Virus record (IMG/VR): IMGVR_UViG_3300042864_000556
Length of the DNA stretch: 64,000 nucleotides
Direction: 5' to 3' (one strand)
From: an uncultured virus (IMG/VR IMGVR_UViG_3300042864_000556)
Taxonomy: Duplodnaviria; Heunggongvirae; Uroviricota; Caudoviricetes
Part shown: in pieces, positions 1 through 9,614 of the stretch
Layout of the letters: each line of letters starts with the position of its first letter
Position numbering within the stretch: the stretch's first letter is position 1
Program-made: the position numbers and the translations under genes
Notes under the pieces: generated by a model
The model's database searches: none
Told to the model about the DNA's origin: nothing
The model's input: the letters and a program-made list of their open reading frames with translations, nothing else

Positions 1-2
1 AA

Positions 3-1967
3 GGGTACAATCAAATAGACGGAGTTGCGGGTAACAATTATTATGGCTACATGACAGAAATTGTCATGGACAACGAAGCCAATGATAACGCAAGCATAAC
101 AGTACCTATAACCGATATAGCTATTGAGGATATGGAAACGTGCGGATTTAACTCAAGCACAGACGTATTAGACGAAATAACGGGAACTAAAAGAGGGTTG
201 TCTTTTTACAACGCATCAGACTTTGACAATACTACTTCTACATTTAGAGGGTATGGAATGGTATTAGAAGATAGTGGGCTACCTACAATCCCTAACGACT
301 ACGGGGTTTATTACGCTAAAGTATTAACACAAGATTTTCCTACATACAAATTAGACTCACTAAACTATAAGCCCGTACATTTCATAGACGTAGACGAAAG
401 CACACCTAACATTCTAAACAACATAATAGTTTGGGGTGGAGATACCTATACCCAAAAGACCATGATTAAACTAAATTATGGCAGCAAGGCTTTAGGCGGT
501 GTGTATAGAACGGGTGCTATATCTTTTTACTCACAGAACAAAGTTAACACGCAATTAAGATACACAGAGGATTCAGACTATCCTATGTTCCCTTATGATG
601 GAGACTTTGTAGATTGGCTAAACAACAGTAGCGGTAGGGAGGAAACTTTTAATTACAACTTTGGGTATATATCTAAGAACAATATTAATTCAGAAAAGGT
701 ATATGATGCAAGGATAGAGCAAGACGGCAAGACCGAATCAAGAATTTACTACACCGAAAAGAAACCAATCAATTCAGCATTAGACTTGTATAGGATAATA
801 TTGCCGTTAAACTTTTACGACTTAGACCCTAAAGACGGTGCGGGAGTAGGACTATACGATATGCGTAACGGGCTAGTTGCGGTACAAAGGGATGCGGTAA
901 CTATGTTGCCTTACCAAAGCGATACCTTGATAGGCAGCACAACGGGAGATGTAGTTGTGGGTACGGGTGGCGTGTATTCAAGAAACGGAAACAAAGTATC
1001 TACATTAGGTACGGAGTTAACAAGCGCAACGTACTTAGCTAAGAACGCTGCGGGCAACCCTATATTGTATTGGTATAGCACACCTTACAAGAAATTTATA
1101 AGGTACGGTAGTGATGGAATAAAGATATTAAGTGACGTAAATAATATGCGTACATTCTTTATGAACACAACAAGGTTTATCAAAGATGAGTTCGACATAA
1201 CAATGGGCTATGACGCTAACAAAGCTAATCTATTCATCACGTCAAATTGCACGGCAGAAGTAACAGCATGGTCGTCACAAGAAACCTATATGGAAGGGGA
1301 TATTATTTCCTTTAGTAATCCTGCTTTCCAAACATTTGAGGGCAATACTGATTTTTACATATGCTTAGAAGATAACGTAACCACAAATCCTTTCTTCACG
1401 CCTGACTTATGGGAGTATATAGAACGCCCCAATAATAACTATTACAATGAATGGACTTTGGTTTATAACGAAAAGAGAAACGCTTTCACTACGTTTTATT
1501 CAATACTACCACATAGGTACTTCATGTATAACAACAGAGTTATTATCCCTAATGTCATTAGCAATTACGGAGTTGCTTTTTTGAACGAAGGTGGCACGGG
1601 AATACTTAGGTGGTATGCAGTAAACGACAACTACAAACAAGGGGAAATGATAATAGAACCCGTACTAAACAAGTACAATAGCGTACAAAAGTCGATATTA
1701 GCGACATCTATTACTTTAGGTGGTGCTGAACTTGACAACAACGCACCAACCCTAACATCTATTAGTGACGTAAATGTATTGTCTGAAAACTCACCGAGCG
1801 ATTGGACTTATAACAGACAGCAGTACAGAACGTCTAACAAGTGCGACATCAATGAGAATAGGGTAATTGGAACGTCAATAAGACTAAGGTTTGCCACTAA
1901 GTTAGCTATCAAAATGGAGAACGTATTTGCAAGGTTTTACTCAAGATTTAGACTACCAACAAAATAG
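3..1967 (+). CDS. Tail structural protein (stabilisation/nozzle-like), 5'-truncated by window
   Basis: Frame open from nt 3; long Y/N/D-rich ORF at the end of a structural block, resembling podovirus/crAss-like tail proteins. Confidence 0.55.
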   Translation, partial: GYNQIDGVAGNNYYGYMTEIVMDNEANDNASITVPITDIAIEDMETCGFNSSTDVLDEITGTKRGLSFYNASDFDNTTSTFRGYGMVLEDSGLPTIPNDYGVYYAKVLTQDFPTYKLDSLNYKPVHFIDVDESTPNILNNIIVWGGDTYTQKTMIKLNYGSKALGGVYRTGAISFYSQNKVNTQLRYTEDSDYPMFPYDGDFVDWLNNSSGREETFNYNFGYISKNNINSEKVYDARIEQDGKTESRIYYTEKKPINSALDLYRIILPLNFYDLDPKDGAGVGLYDMRNGLVAVQRDAVTMLPYQSDTLIGSTTGDVVVGTGGVYSRNGNKVSTLGTELTSATYLAKNAAGNPILYWYSTPYKKFIRYGSDGIKILSDVNNMRTFFMNTTRFIKDEFDITMGYDANKANLFITSNCTAEVTAWSSQETYMEGDIISFSNPAFQTFEGNTDFYICLEDNVTTNPFFTPDLWEYIERPNNNYYNEWTLVYNEKRNAFTTFYSILPHRYFMYNNRVIIPNVISNYGVAFLNEGGTGILRWYAVNDNYKQGEMIIEPVLNKYNSVQKSILATSITLGGAELDNNAPTLTSISDVNVLSENSPSDWTYNRQQYRTSNKCDINENRVIGTSIRLRFATKLAIKMENVFARFYSRFRLPTK

Positions 1968-1999
1968 CAATTTGTAATATAGAATTAATTAATTATTTT

Positions 2000-2017
2000 T
2001 GTCCTAAATAATAGACA
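2000..2017. promoter_or_regulatory. 18-bp palindromic operator overlapping a TAnnTTTG promoter element
   Basis: TGTCCTAAATAATAGACA; TATTTTTG at 1994-2001; motif recurs at 33218, 33481, 42131, 58338, 60509, 62974. Confidence 0.6.
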
Positions 2018-2023
2018 CATATC

Positions 2024-2320
2024 ATGTTAGAAAAACTTTATAGACTGTTTCTCAATTCGTTTCAAACCACATTGGGATTGAACGGTGGAAGCAATGTTAC
2101 AATATCAAACACATCAGCCACAACGGGCAAATGGTGTGCGTTACAAGTAATTGCAGACGCTAACATATCTGCTATGACAATAGACGGTGGCAACGGTGCG
2201 GGCTTAACGGGTATTTCGTTAAGTGCGGGTACTATTATCTATGGTTATATTACTTCGGTAACATTAACTTCGGGTACAGTAAGAATGTACGGTGGTAACA
2301 ATATTAATTTACAGCCATAA
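2024..2320 (+). CDS. Small virion/tail-associated protein
   Basis: G/T/S-rich ORF coupled to next gene (TAATG). Confidence 0.5.
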   Translation: MLEKLYRLFLNSFQTTLGLNGGSNVTISNTSATTGKWCALQVIADANISAMTIDGGNGAGLTGISLSAGTIIYGYITSVTLTSGTVRMYGGNNINLQP

Positions 2321-3171
2321 TGATAGGGCTTGGGTTAGGCATAAATAAGTATCGTTTTGTAGGCGGTGGTGGTAGCAACCTTGACCCTGACGCACAAGCG
2401 TTTTTAACAGCAGCAGGAATAACTGACCCGACTACTATAACGGCTACTAACGATGCTTTTATTGCATTAAAAACCGCAGGTTATTATGCATCAGGATGGA
2501 ATATGTCGGGTTATACATCTACAATACAATGCTTTACTTTATACCCTAATCTTGGGGCAAGCGCAAGTGTGGCTAAATTTAATATGTGTAATCCTGCCGA
2601 TACTAATGCTGCTTATAGAAAAACATATTTTGGTGGCGTTACGTTTGATTCTTATGGTGAAGTAAGTAATGGAACTAACGGATATGCACAAACTCATTTA
2701 AACTTAGGTTCTGTTACAGACATTAATAGCGTATCAATGGGTTTTTACTCGTTTACCAATTCGGGTACGGGCGACCAATATGATATGGGAGTGTTTGATT
2801 CGAGTGCAGGAAATAGCCAAACAATGATAAGGGCTAGGACTGCTGATTTTATGTTTGCAGCGTTAAATCAAGATGACCCGCCCGCAGCACCAGTTAGTAC
2901 GGATTCAACAGGTTTCCATGCCGTAAGCAGAGTGAATGGAACGCAAGAAATCAAGAACATACGAGGTACTAATACGACCAATTCAAGAAACAGTATTGTT
3001 GAGCCTACACTTGAACAATATCTGATGTGTGTAAACTTTAACAACTTGCCATTTGGTTACAGCGTAAGAAAATACGGATTTCAGTTTCATGCAGCAGGTC
3101 AAACGGGTACTCAGTTGAATGTTATGGAACAAATTATCGAAGATTACATGATAGCATTAGGAAGGATATGA
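2320..3171 (+). CDS. Putative tail fibre/virion appendage protein
   Basis: MIGLGLG...GGGG N-terminus, DPDAQAFLTAAGIT motif, beta-rich body. Confidence 0.5.
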   Translation: MIGLGLGINKYRFVGGGGSNLDPDAQAFLTAAGITDPTTITATNDAFIALKTAGYYASGWNMSGYTSTIQCFTLYPNLGASASVAKFNMCNPADTNAAYRKTYFGGVTFDSYGEVSNGTNGYAQTHLNLGSVTDINSVSMGFYSFTNSGTGDQYDMGVFDSSAGNSQTMIRARTADFMFAALNQDDPPAAPVSTDSTGFHAVSRVNGTQEIKNIRGTNTTNSRNSIVEPTLEQYLMCVNFNNLPFGYSVRKYGFQFHAAGQTGTQLNVMEQIIEDYMIALGRI

Positions 3172-3371
3172 GTATAATGTATAAAATAACCAAACAACAA
3201 GCAAACGAATTGCGAAACCTTACATTTGATGATAGTAGCTATTACTATCCTATTCAAGATGTGAATAACGATTGGTTTATTTCTGAAACAGAAGTGAACA
3301 AATCAAATATTGCATGGGTTAAAGAATTGCAGCCGTCTAATTTTGAACCTAAAATAATTGAGTTACCATGA
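3168..3371 (+). CDS. Hypothetical protein (likely partner of upstream gene)
   Basis: ATGA overlap; PIQDVNNDWFISETE motif. Confidence 0.55.
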   Translation: MSIMYKITKQQANELRNLTFDDSSYYYPIQDVNNDWFISETEVNKSNIAWVKELQPSNFEPKIIELP

Positions 3372-3484
3372 AAGCACAAGCCAAAGCAAATAAAGTTAAT
3401 TTCGGCACTCGCAAGAAAGGTCGTGCGGTTAAAAGATACAACAAACATCAAAGTGTTAAACAATATAAAGGTCAAGGTAGATGA
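3368..3484 (+). CDS. Small basic peptide (38 aa, ends QYKGQGR)
   Basis: Hand-translated; ATGA overlaps at both ends; not in ORF track. Confidence 0.55.
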   Translation: MKAQAKANKVNFGTRKKGRAVKRYNKHQSVKQYKGQGR

Positions 3485-3864
3485 ATATCGGAGTAATAAA
3501 CGACATAACGGATTTAACAATCAAAATAGGCAGCGTTATTTTTGGTGGCATAGTATCGGCTTGGGGTGTAAACAAGTTATGGTTAAGTTCTATATATGTG
3601 AGCAAGAAAGAAATGAGCAAGGCAATACAAGATTCAATAGAACCATTTATAAAAACCAAAGACGAAATGCATTCATTTAAACAAGACTTTGAAGTGTTTA
3701 AAGTCAAATACGAAGGGGATAGAAACTTACAGCGTGAGCAATACGCATCCCAAAAAGAAATCACCAAAGAGATACTACATAAGGTAAATAACATTAGCAA
3801 TCTAAATATCCCACAGATGATGAAGCTAATGATTGAAGAACATGAAAACGCCAAATCAAAATGA
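3481..3864 (+). CDS. Membrane protein with coiled coil, lysis cluster
   Basis: N-terminal hydrophobic segment; upstream of amidase. Confidence 0.5.
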   Translation: MNIGVINDITDLTIKIGSVIFGGIVSAWGVNKLWLSSIYVSKKEMSKAIQDSIEPFIKTKDEMHSFKQDFEVFKVKYEGDRNLQREQYASQKEITKEILHKVNNISNLNIPQMMKLMIEEHENAKSK

Positions 3865-4028
3865 GAGATTGTGAACCATTTAGCGAATGTTGGTGCATAG
3901 AACATCCGAATGCGTGTGATAACGTAAACGATAACGTGCTACCCATTAATAATGGTTTATTGTTTTTGGTAGTTTTCGCATTGATATACGGAATAAAAAA
4001 ACTGTACAAACATGAAACATCTAATTGA
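3861..4028 (+). CDS. 55-aa Cys-rich peptide with C-terminal TM segment (PID-CTERM-like)
   Basis: Hand-translated MRDCEPFSECWC...LPINNGLLFLVVFALIYGIKK. Confidence 0.55.
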   Translation: MRDCEPFSECWCIEHPNACDNVNDNVLPINNGLLFLVVFALIYGIKKLYKHETSN

Positions 4029-4230
4029 AAACTACAAGAAGCCAACGCCACGAAAATGGCGAAAAATTGGCGACTATGCTTTGATACTTATTATAGTGTT
4101 AGAAGCACAACTAAACGCAATGCCTATCGTTAATGAGTGGGCTAAGTGGGGGATAGCAACTGCGCTAATCGCATTTAAGTTTTGGACTAACACACGGACT
4201 GACAAAAACATATACGAAGGAAAGTTATGA
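4012..4230 (+). CDS. Putative holin
   Basis: Basic N-terminus, two TM segments, overlaps amidase start. Confidence 0.55.
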   Translation: MKHLIENYKKPTPRKWRKIGDYALILIIVLEAQLNAMPIVNEWAKWGIATALIAFKFWTNTRTDKNIYEGKL

Positions 4231-4664
4231 GACAAATCAGATGGATAGTTGTACATTGCACGGGCGCAAATGCACACCAAACAACCGAAAGCATTAAGGC
4301 TTATTGGTTACATAAGTTAGGTTGGAAGTCTTACGGCTACCATATATTAATCGGGCATGATGGCAAGATTGAAAAGCTAACAGACTATTCTAAACCAACC
4401 AACGGGGTTGCAGGGTACAATAAATATTCTATCCATGTATGTTATAAGGGTGGTGAAAATGGCAAAGACACAAGAACACCCGCACAAAAAGATGCGCTAC
4501 TTAAAGTAGTTACCGAACTAAAAAAGCAGTTCCCTAAAGCAAACATATTAGGGCATAGAGATTTTAGTAAAGACTTGAATAACAACGGAATAATAGAACC
4601 AAAAGAGTTCATAAAATTTTGTCCATCATTTTCGGTACGGGCGGAATATGGACACATTAAATAA
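4227..4664 (+). CDS. Endolysin, N-acetylmuramoyl-L-alanine amidase (T7 lysozyme/Amidase_2-like)
   Basis: IVVHCT, GYH, SIHVCYKGG, DTRTPAQK, GHRDF, KFCPSF motifs. Confidence 0.9.
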   Translation: MRQIRWIVVHCTGANAHQTTESIKAYWLHKLGWKSYGYHILIGHDGKIEKLTDYSKPTNGVAGYNKYSIHVCYKGGENGKDTRTPAQKDALLKVVTELKKQFPKANILGHRDFSKDLNNNGIIEPKEFIKFCPSFSVRAEYGHIK

Positions 4665-4719
4665 AATTTAATTTGCGTTTCTAAAAATTACCTTTAAATT
4701 TGTAATACATTTTTCAATT

Positions 4720-4953
4720 ATGACTGACGAAAAAGAAGAAATAGCAGACGACATAGTTTACGAAGAACCCGAAAGACCGTCAGAATTAATTGCAGCGTCA
4801 TTAAACTCTTTAGTTGTGTGTGATTGTTACGATTACGGGATGGCAGATAGTGAAGAAAAAGCAATGATAGACAACATAAAGAGAATGGCTCTGATATTAG
4901 TGCATACATCTTTAAAAAATATATATGAAACAAACATCGAACAGGAACAGTAA
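4720..4953 (+). CDS. Hypothetical acidic protein
   Basis: ORF overlapping start of phosphoesterase. Confidence 0.5.
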   Translation: MTDEKEEIADDIVYEEPERPSELIAASLNSLVVCDCYDYGMADSEEKAMIDNIKRMALILVHTSLKNIYETNIEQEQ

Positions 4954-6376
4954 ACCACACCACGCATTAATTCGTGAAATGGTTTTGAAGTTTCCTAACA
5001 CCCCGAAGCAAACTTTGGCAAAGAAATTTGTAAAAGAAAACCCTAAGTTTTTATTGTCTGTTGAAGAAGTAAGAGATTACATAAGGACAATAACGGGGTC
5101 GCATGGCAGCATAAGTAGGGAGTTTAACGTAGATTTTAGGACTGAATTGGCTAAACTAAAAAAGGCTATGCCGAAGGGTGATACGGAAAGAGAAGAACCT
5201 TACCACATACCTAAAGCCAATAGGAACATACTTGTTATTGGCGACTTGCATATACCTTACCATAATGACGAAGCGATATTTGCTGCATTAGAATATGGTG
5301 CAGAGCAAAACGTAGATACTATTATAATCAACGGAGACTTATTGGACTTTGCGTTGATTTCAAGGCACGAGAAGGATTTAAGAAAGCGTAGTGTCGGATA
5401 TGAGATAGCAGCAGCTAAAATCTTCTTAGAAGGACTAAGAAATATGTTTCCTAAAGCGTTGATTATCAATAAGAACGGAAATCATTGCATGACGGGAGAC
5501 ACCGAAATATTAACCGAAAATGGGTTTGTAAAATTCACCGATTTAAAAGAGGGTGATATGGTTGCACAGTTTGATGAAAACAGAAACATATCATACAGTT
5601 TGCCTAATGCTATTATAAAAAGAATGTACGAAGGCGACATATATGACATTAGCAATAACTATACAAGGCAATTGGTTACTGACAAGCATAGGGTTTTGAT
5701 TGGCAATGAGTTTGTAGAGGCGAGAAATGTAAAGATAGGTGATGTAAAAAACATACCTACAAGCGGACAGCATGATGGAGTAGGTTTTAATTTAATAGAC
5801 AAGGATATGCAAGTAGCTAAAGACACGTCTTCTATTACAAAAATACCGTATAACGACATGGTTTATTGTGTAGAGATGCCTTTAGGAACTATCATAACAA
5901 GGTACGAGGGTAAAGTTGCCTTTACGGGCAACTGCGTGAGGTATCAGAAGTGGATAATGCAGAAAGCACCCGAACTATTAGACATTGAGGGAACGTCATT
6001 GCCCGAATTGTTAGGATTGAACCAATTAAACATAATCAACATAACCGACAAGAGGTATATCTATGCGGGCAAGATAGCTATATTTCATGGGCATGAAGTT
6101 GGTATGACAAGCGGTGGTGTAAACCCTGCAAGAACACTTAGATTAAAACTAAACAAGTCAGCTATAACTAACCATTTTCATAGGGAAACTAAAGACATGG
6201 GAAGGAATTTAGACGAGCAACCTTACTCATGTTATTCTAATGCGTGCCTTTGTGATTTGTATCCTGCGTATATGCCTATTAATCAATGGACACATGGGTT
6301 TATTCACTTGAAATTAGACAAGCACGGAAACTATAACGTGCAGCAGAAATCAATCATTGACGGAGTAATTTATTAG
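4925..6376 (+). CDS. Calcineurin-like metallophosphoesterase containing an intein
   Basis: GDLHIPY, NGDLLD, GNH, HGH and HFH motifs; GNH followed by an intein. Confidence 0.85.
   Translation: MKQTSNRNSKPHHALIREMVLKFPNTPKQTLAKKFVKENPKFLLSVEEVRDYIRTITGSHGSISREFNVDFRTELAKLKKAMPKGDTEREEPYHIPKANRNILVIGDLHIPYHNDEAIFAALEYGAEQNVDTIIINGDLLDFALISRHEKDLRKRSVGYEIAAAKIFLEGLRNMFPKALIINKNGNHCMTGDTEILTENGFVKFTDLKEGDMVAQFDENRNISYSLPNAIIKRMYEGDIYDISNNYTRQLVTDKHRVLIGNEFVEARNVKIGDVKNIPTSGQHDGVGFNLIDKDMQVAKDTSSITKIPYNDMVYCVEMPLGTIITRYEGKVAFTGNCVRYQKWIMQKAPELLDIEGTSLPELLGLNQLNIINITDKRYIYAGKIAIFHGHEVGMTSGGVNPARTLRLKLNKSAITNHFHRETKDMGRNLDEQPYSCYSNACLCDLYPAYMPINQWTHGFIHLKLDKHGNYNVQQKSIIDGVIY
5486..5932 (+). mobile_element. 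Mini-intein (149 aa, no endonuclease domain seen)
   Basis: CMTGDTEILT (block A), LVTDKHRV (TxxH), VYCVEMP, ends FTGN followed by Cys +1. Confidence 0.85.
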
Positions 6377-6378
6377 TC

Positions 6379-6642
6379 ATGCAAAAGATTAACAAACACA
6401 ACATAGCAGAACACTTAATCACCTATGAGTTAGAAATGATAGGTAAGGACTTTAGTGCCACCGAAGAAGAAGGGTGGTATAGCAAAAACAAGATAACCCA
6501 AGAACAGCATAACGAATTTGAAGCCTACGCAACCCGCCTTATTCAAAAAGTATATAGATGCTCTAAAGCAATAGCAAAAAAGGAATTTATGGCGTTTGAT
6601 TTGTGTTATGGGCTATCAGTGAAAGACAGCGAGGCAAACTAA
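6379..6642 (+). CDS. Hypothetical protein
   Basis: ORF in operon context. Confidence 0.55.
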   Translation: MQKINKHNIAEHLITYELEMIGKDFSATEEEGWYSKNKITQEQHNEFEAYATRLIQKVYRCSKAIAKKEFMAFDLCYGLSVKDSEAN

Positions 6643-6742
6643 TCAATTCAACTTTTAATTAAACAAACGGTTATAGTTGTGAAGATATGTTACTTTTATT
6701 CAGGGGTGTTTAAAAAGTCCTCGCTGTTTAATTTTTAAAGGC

Positions 6743-7081
6743 ATGAACAATAAAAAGATAATTATTATGAAACAAATAACAGCAAAAGACCTACTATCAC
6801 AAAACCACTTGCTAATCGAAGACGGCAAGACTTGTGAGGCGCACACGCATTTAGTAGTAAAACAAATGATTAGGTTCGCTAAACTACACGTTAAAGCTGC
6901 ATTGAAGAAAGCTAGTGAAAAAGCTGATTGGAATTGCATTTCTGAGGATAGTTATTTTGGAGATTTAAGAGATTATGATTTTTGTGAAAGGGATAATGAT
7001 GGAGATAAAACTCAGATACATAATATTATTGTTGACAAGGATTCAATTCTAAATGCTTACGATTTAAATAACATTAAATAA
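6743..7081 (+). CDS. Hypothetical phage protein
   Basis: FAKLHVKAALKKASEKA...DKDSILNAY pattern. Confidence 0.55.
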   Translation: MNNKKIIIMKQITAKDLLSQNHLLIEDGKTCEAHTHLVVKQMIRFAKLHVKAALKKASEKADWNCISEDSYFGDLRDYDFCERDNDGDKTQIHNIIVDKDSILNAYDLNNIK

Positions 7082-7109
7082 CCGAACAATTATTATATTT
7101 GTAAAAAAT

Positions 7110-7220
7110 AGTTAGGTGGCGGAATTAGACGCTAATGTGGTAAGGTGTATTGCCTTGAATCAATTCGATTAGGTTGCCTGCGAAGTTTACACCGTGCAAG
7201 TTTCAATCTTGCCCTAACTA
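7110..7220 (+). ncRNA. tRNA-like element with expanded central region
   Basis: AGTTAGG/CCTAACT acceptor stem, TGGCGGAATTAGACGC D-arm-like, GCAAGTTTCAATCTTGC T-arm-like; TATATTTG just upstream at 7094-7101. Confidence 0.55.
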
Positions 7221-7248
7221 TTTTAATTTAAAAGTTTATATTTGACAC

Positions 7249-7704
7249 ATGAAAATAATAATACCAATAATCCTACTATTAAGTAGTTGCTACTCGGCAA
7301 GGCAATGCAAGGAAAAGTTTTGCTCTAAAGACACCGTAAACGTAGAAGTAATCATCCACGACACCATTAAAATTGAAGGTGACAGCGTTAAGTTCGGGCT
7401 GCAAATAGATAGCCTAAACAGCTTAATTCAATCGCTTATATCAGAAGGCAAAGACACGACAATAACCTTAGTAGATGACAGCACAACCAAAGTTGATGTA
7501 GTTTACAATCCCAAAACAAGAAAGTTAAACTTCAAAGCTAAAAACAAAGAGTATCGGTATGTGTATTTTAACATCACAAAGAAAATAAAAGTGCCTACAA
7601 ATTGCCCGAAACCAACTATGTCAGAACTGTTTAAACAGTATTGGTATGTGTTGTTGATAGCTTTTTTATTAGGTTTATTTTGTTTTGTGTGGATTAGGAA
7701 GTAA
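7249..7704 (+). CDS. Lipoprotein with C-terminal TM helix, putative unimolecular spanin
   Basis: LLLSSC lipobox and C-terminal YWYVLLIAFLLGLFCFVW. Confidence 0.6.
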   Translation: MKIIIPIILLLSSCYSARQCKEKFCSKDTVNVEVIIHDTIKIEGDSVKFGLQIDSLNSLIQSLISEGKDTTITLVDDSTTKVDVVYNPKTRKLNFKAKNKEYRYVYFNITKKIKVPTNCPKPTMSELFKQYWYVLLIAFLLGLFCFVWIRK

Positions 7705-7750
7705 TATTGCATAGTGTTTAGTCATAATTCACTTATTGTTTAACAGCAGA

Positions 7751-7784
7751 AATAGCCTTCGTGTTTATCGAGGGCTATTTTATT
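7751..7784 (+). terminator. Intrinsic terminator
   Basis: AATAGCCTTCG...CGAGGGCTATT hairpin followed by T-rich tract. Confidence 0.7.
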
Positions 7785-7826
7785 CGACTAATTTTCAGCA
7801 CGTTACATAGAAGTAAAAAATAATAC

Positions 7827-7868
7827 TTGCAAATAAATATCTAACAGTTATATATTTGTACCCGTTAA
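7827..7868 (+). promoter_or_regulatory. Bacteroidota-type promoter
   Basis: TTGC...TATATTTGTACCCGTTAA; near-identical copy at 14908-14948. Confidence 0.7.
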
Positions 7869-7880
7869 TCAATAATAATT

Positions 7881-8504
7881 ATGACAGACAAAAAAGACCA
7901 AATCGCAAAAGCAATCCTTGCCGTTATGAACGATGTCAAGGGTGTAGACAAAACCATGACAGTTGGGACAGGGCAATCATCTTATAAAGGTGTACCCGAC
8001 CAAGAAGTTAAAAAAATCATAGGCTCGTCAATGGCTAAAAACGGCTTATGTATTGTGCCTATTGAAGTAAGGACACAAACAAGAATTGACCGTTGGGAAG
8101 AAGCAAGCGGTAATTACACCAAGCAAAAGCAATCTGTATTTACAGAAGTAGAAACCAAGTATCTATTGTTGCACGAAAGCGGGCAAAGTATAGAACTAAG
8201 CGGTTATGGGCATGGTGTTGACAGCCAAGACAAAGGGGCGGGCAAGGCTACTACCTACGCATTGAAGTACACATTGTTATATACTTTCCTTGTACCAACG
8301 GGCAAGATAGACGATGCGGACAATCACCACAGCGATGAAACACCAACACCCGTAGCTAAAAAGTTAGTGCCTTTTACTCAAGCTATATTCGACAAGATGA
8401 AAGCAGCAATCGAAGCTGGCAATTCAGAGTTGGTAAAGTCAAACTTACACTTATACGATATAAACGACAGTTTCAAGCAACAACTTAACGACCTATTAAA
8501 ATAA
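7881..8504 (+). CDS. ERF-family ssDNA-annealing protein
   Basis: LLHESGQS...DKGAGKATTYALKY...DDAD motif. Confidence 0.8.
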   Translation: MTDKKDQIAKAILAVMNDVKGVDKTMTVGTGQSSYKGVPDQEVKKIIGSSMAKNGLCIVPIEVRTQTRIDRWEEASGNYTKQKQSVFTEVETKYLLLHESGQSIELSGYGHGVDSQDKGAGKATTYALKYTLLYTFLVPTGKIDDADNHHSDETPTPVAKKLVPFTQAIFDKMKAAIEAGNSELVKSNLHLYDINDSFKQQLNDLLK

Positions 8505-8968
8505 TGGAAACAACAATAAGCACAATGTCAATATTCCCCTCAAGCAAAGACGAGGTGGCAGCGTTTAGTAATAAAATGATAAGCGAATTAGAATCGGGTA
8601 ACGCAAATCCTTTAGACGTATTAAGGTTTCAAAAGTGTTTTGAGAAAGTGTTTGAGAATGTAAAGCCTACTTTAATGGATATGGCACGCACCGAAGCAGA
8701 AAAGTACGGGGCTAAAAAGTTTGATTACAAAGGGTTGAAAATGGAACTAGCGGAGGTTGGAACTAAATACGATTTTAGTGGCTGTAATGACACGGAATGG
8801 AACGAATTAGACCAACAAGCAAAAGATATAGCAGAAAAGAAAAAACACCGTGAAACGTTATTAAAATCACTAACAGAAGCTATTGATGTAATTGACAAGT
8901 ATGGCGAAGCTAAATCTATTGTTCCACCCGTTAAAAGTTCAACAAGTTCAATAAAGGTAACAGTATGA
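8504..8968 (+). CDS. Hypothetical protein, recombination module
   Basis: Coupled to ERF gene. Confidence 0.6.
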   Translation: METTISTMSIFPSSKDEVAAFSNKMISELESGNANPLDVLRFQKCFEKVFENVKPTLMDMARTEAEKYGAKKFDYKGLKMELAEVGTKYDFSGCNDTEWNELDQQAKDIAEKKKHRETLLKSLTEAIDVIDKYGEAKSIVPPVKSSTSSIKVTV

Positions 8969-9327
8969 GCAGAAACATGATATTGTCGGTGTGTTTAGAA
9001 AGCTACCGACCACGCAAAGACAAGTCGTTTACTTTAACCTTTAGCACTCAGGAGTTGGCAACAGATAGGGTATTAGACGTGGCTTACCTACATAATAAGA
9101 TGGGCGTGCTATACTTTGCGGATAAGGAAGTAATGGATGCAGAGGAACTAACCATGTTGGATTCTACCGAATTAGACATAGGTGTTAAGAGTCCAAGCCA
9201 AAGACTAAGGAATGTGCTTTATGTTTTACATACGCAATTAGGTGGTAATTCAGACAACTTTAAAGACTTTTACCAACAACAGATAGAAATGATTATCAAC
9301 AAAATAAAGGCTAAACTAGAGGACTAA
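8965..9327 (+). CDS. Hypothetical protein
   Basis: KSPSQRLRNVLY motif; coupled ORF. Confidence 0.6.
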   Translation: MSRNMILSVCLESYRPRKDKSFTLTFSTQELATDRVLDVAYLHNKMGVLYFADKEVMDAEELTMLDSTELDIGVKSPSQRLRNVLYVLHTQLGGNSDNFKDFYQQQIEMIINKIKAKLED

Positions 9328-9614
9328 TGAAACTAAACAAGCGAGATAACGACTTTTTGAACATAGCACGAAAGGCGGGTATAACAAACGAGCAAGCGTT
9401 TGAGTTTATTGAGCAACTAAAAAAGCACACTTATAAAAACCATTCGTTGTTTGTAAGGGGGTTTGGGACTATCGAGGTGGTAAAGCACAAGCCAAGAACA
9501 GCATTGCAATTTACGGGCGAACCAAGAATGATACCATCATTTAAGCGTGTCAAGATAAAGATGAACTTAGATTACCGAAACAAACTCAACAATATAAAGA
9601 AACATAGCACATAA
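9327..9614 (+). CDS. HU/IHF-like DNA-binding protein
   Basis: VRGFGTIEVVKHKPRT...TGEPRMIP; stop codon is the TAA of the first attC-like site. Confidence 0.7.
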   Translation: MKLNKRDNDFLNIARKAGITNEQAFEFIEQLKKHTYKNHSLFVRGFGTIEVVKHKPRTALQFTGEPRMIPSFKRVKIKMNLDYRNKLNNIKKHST

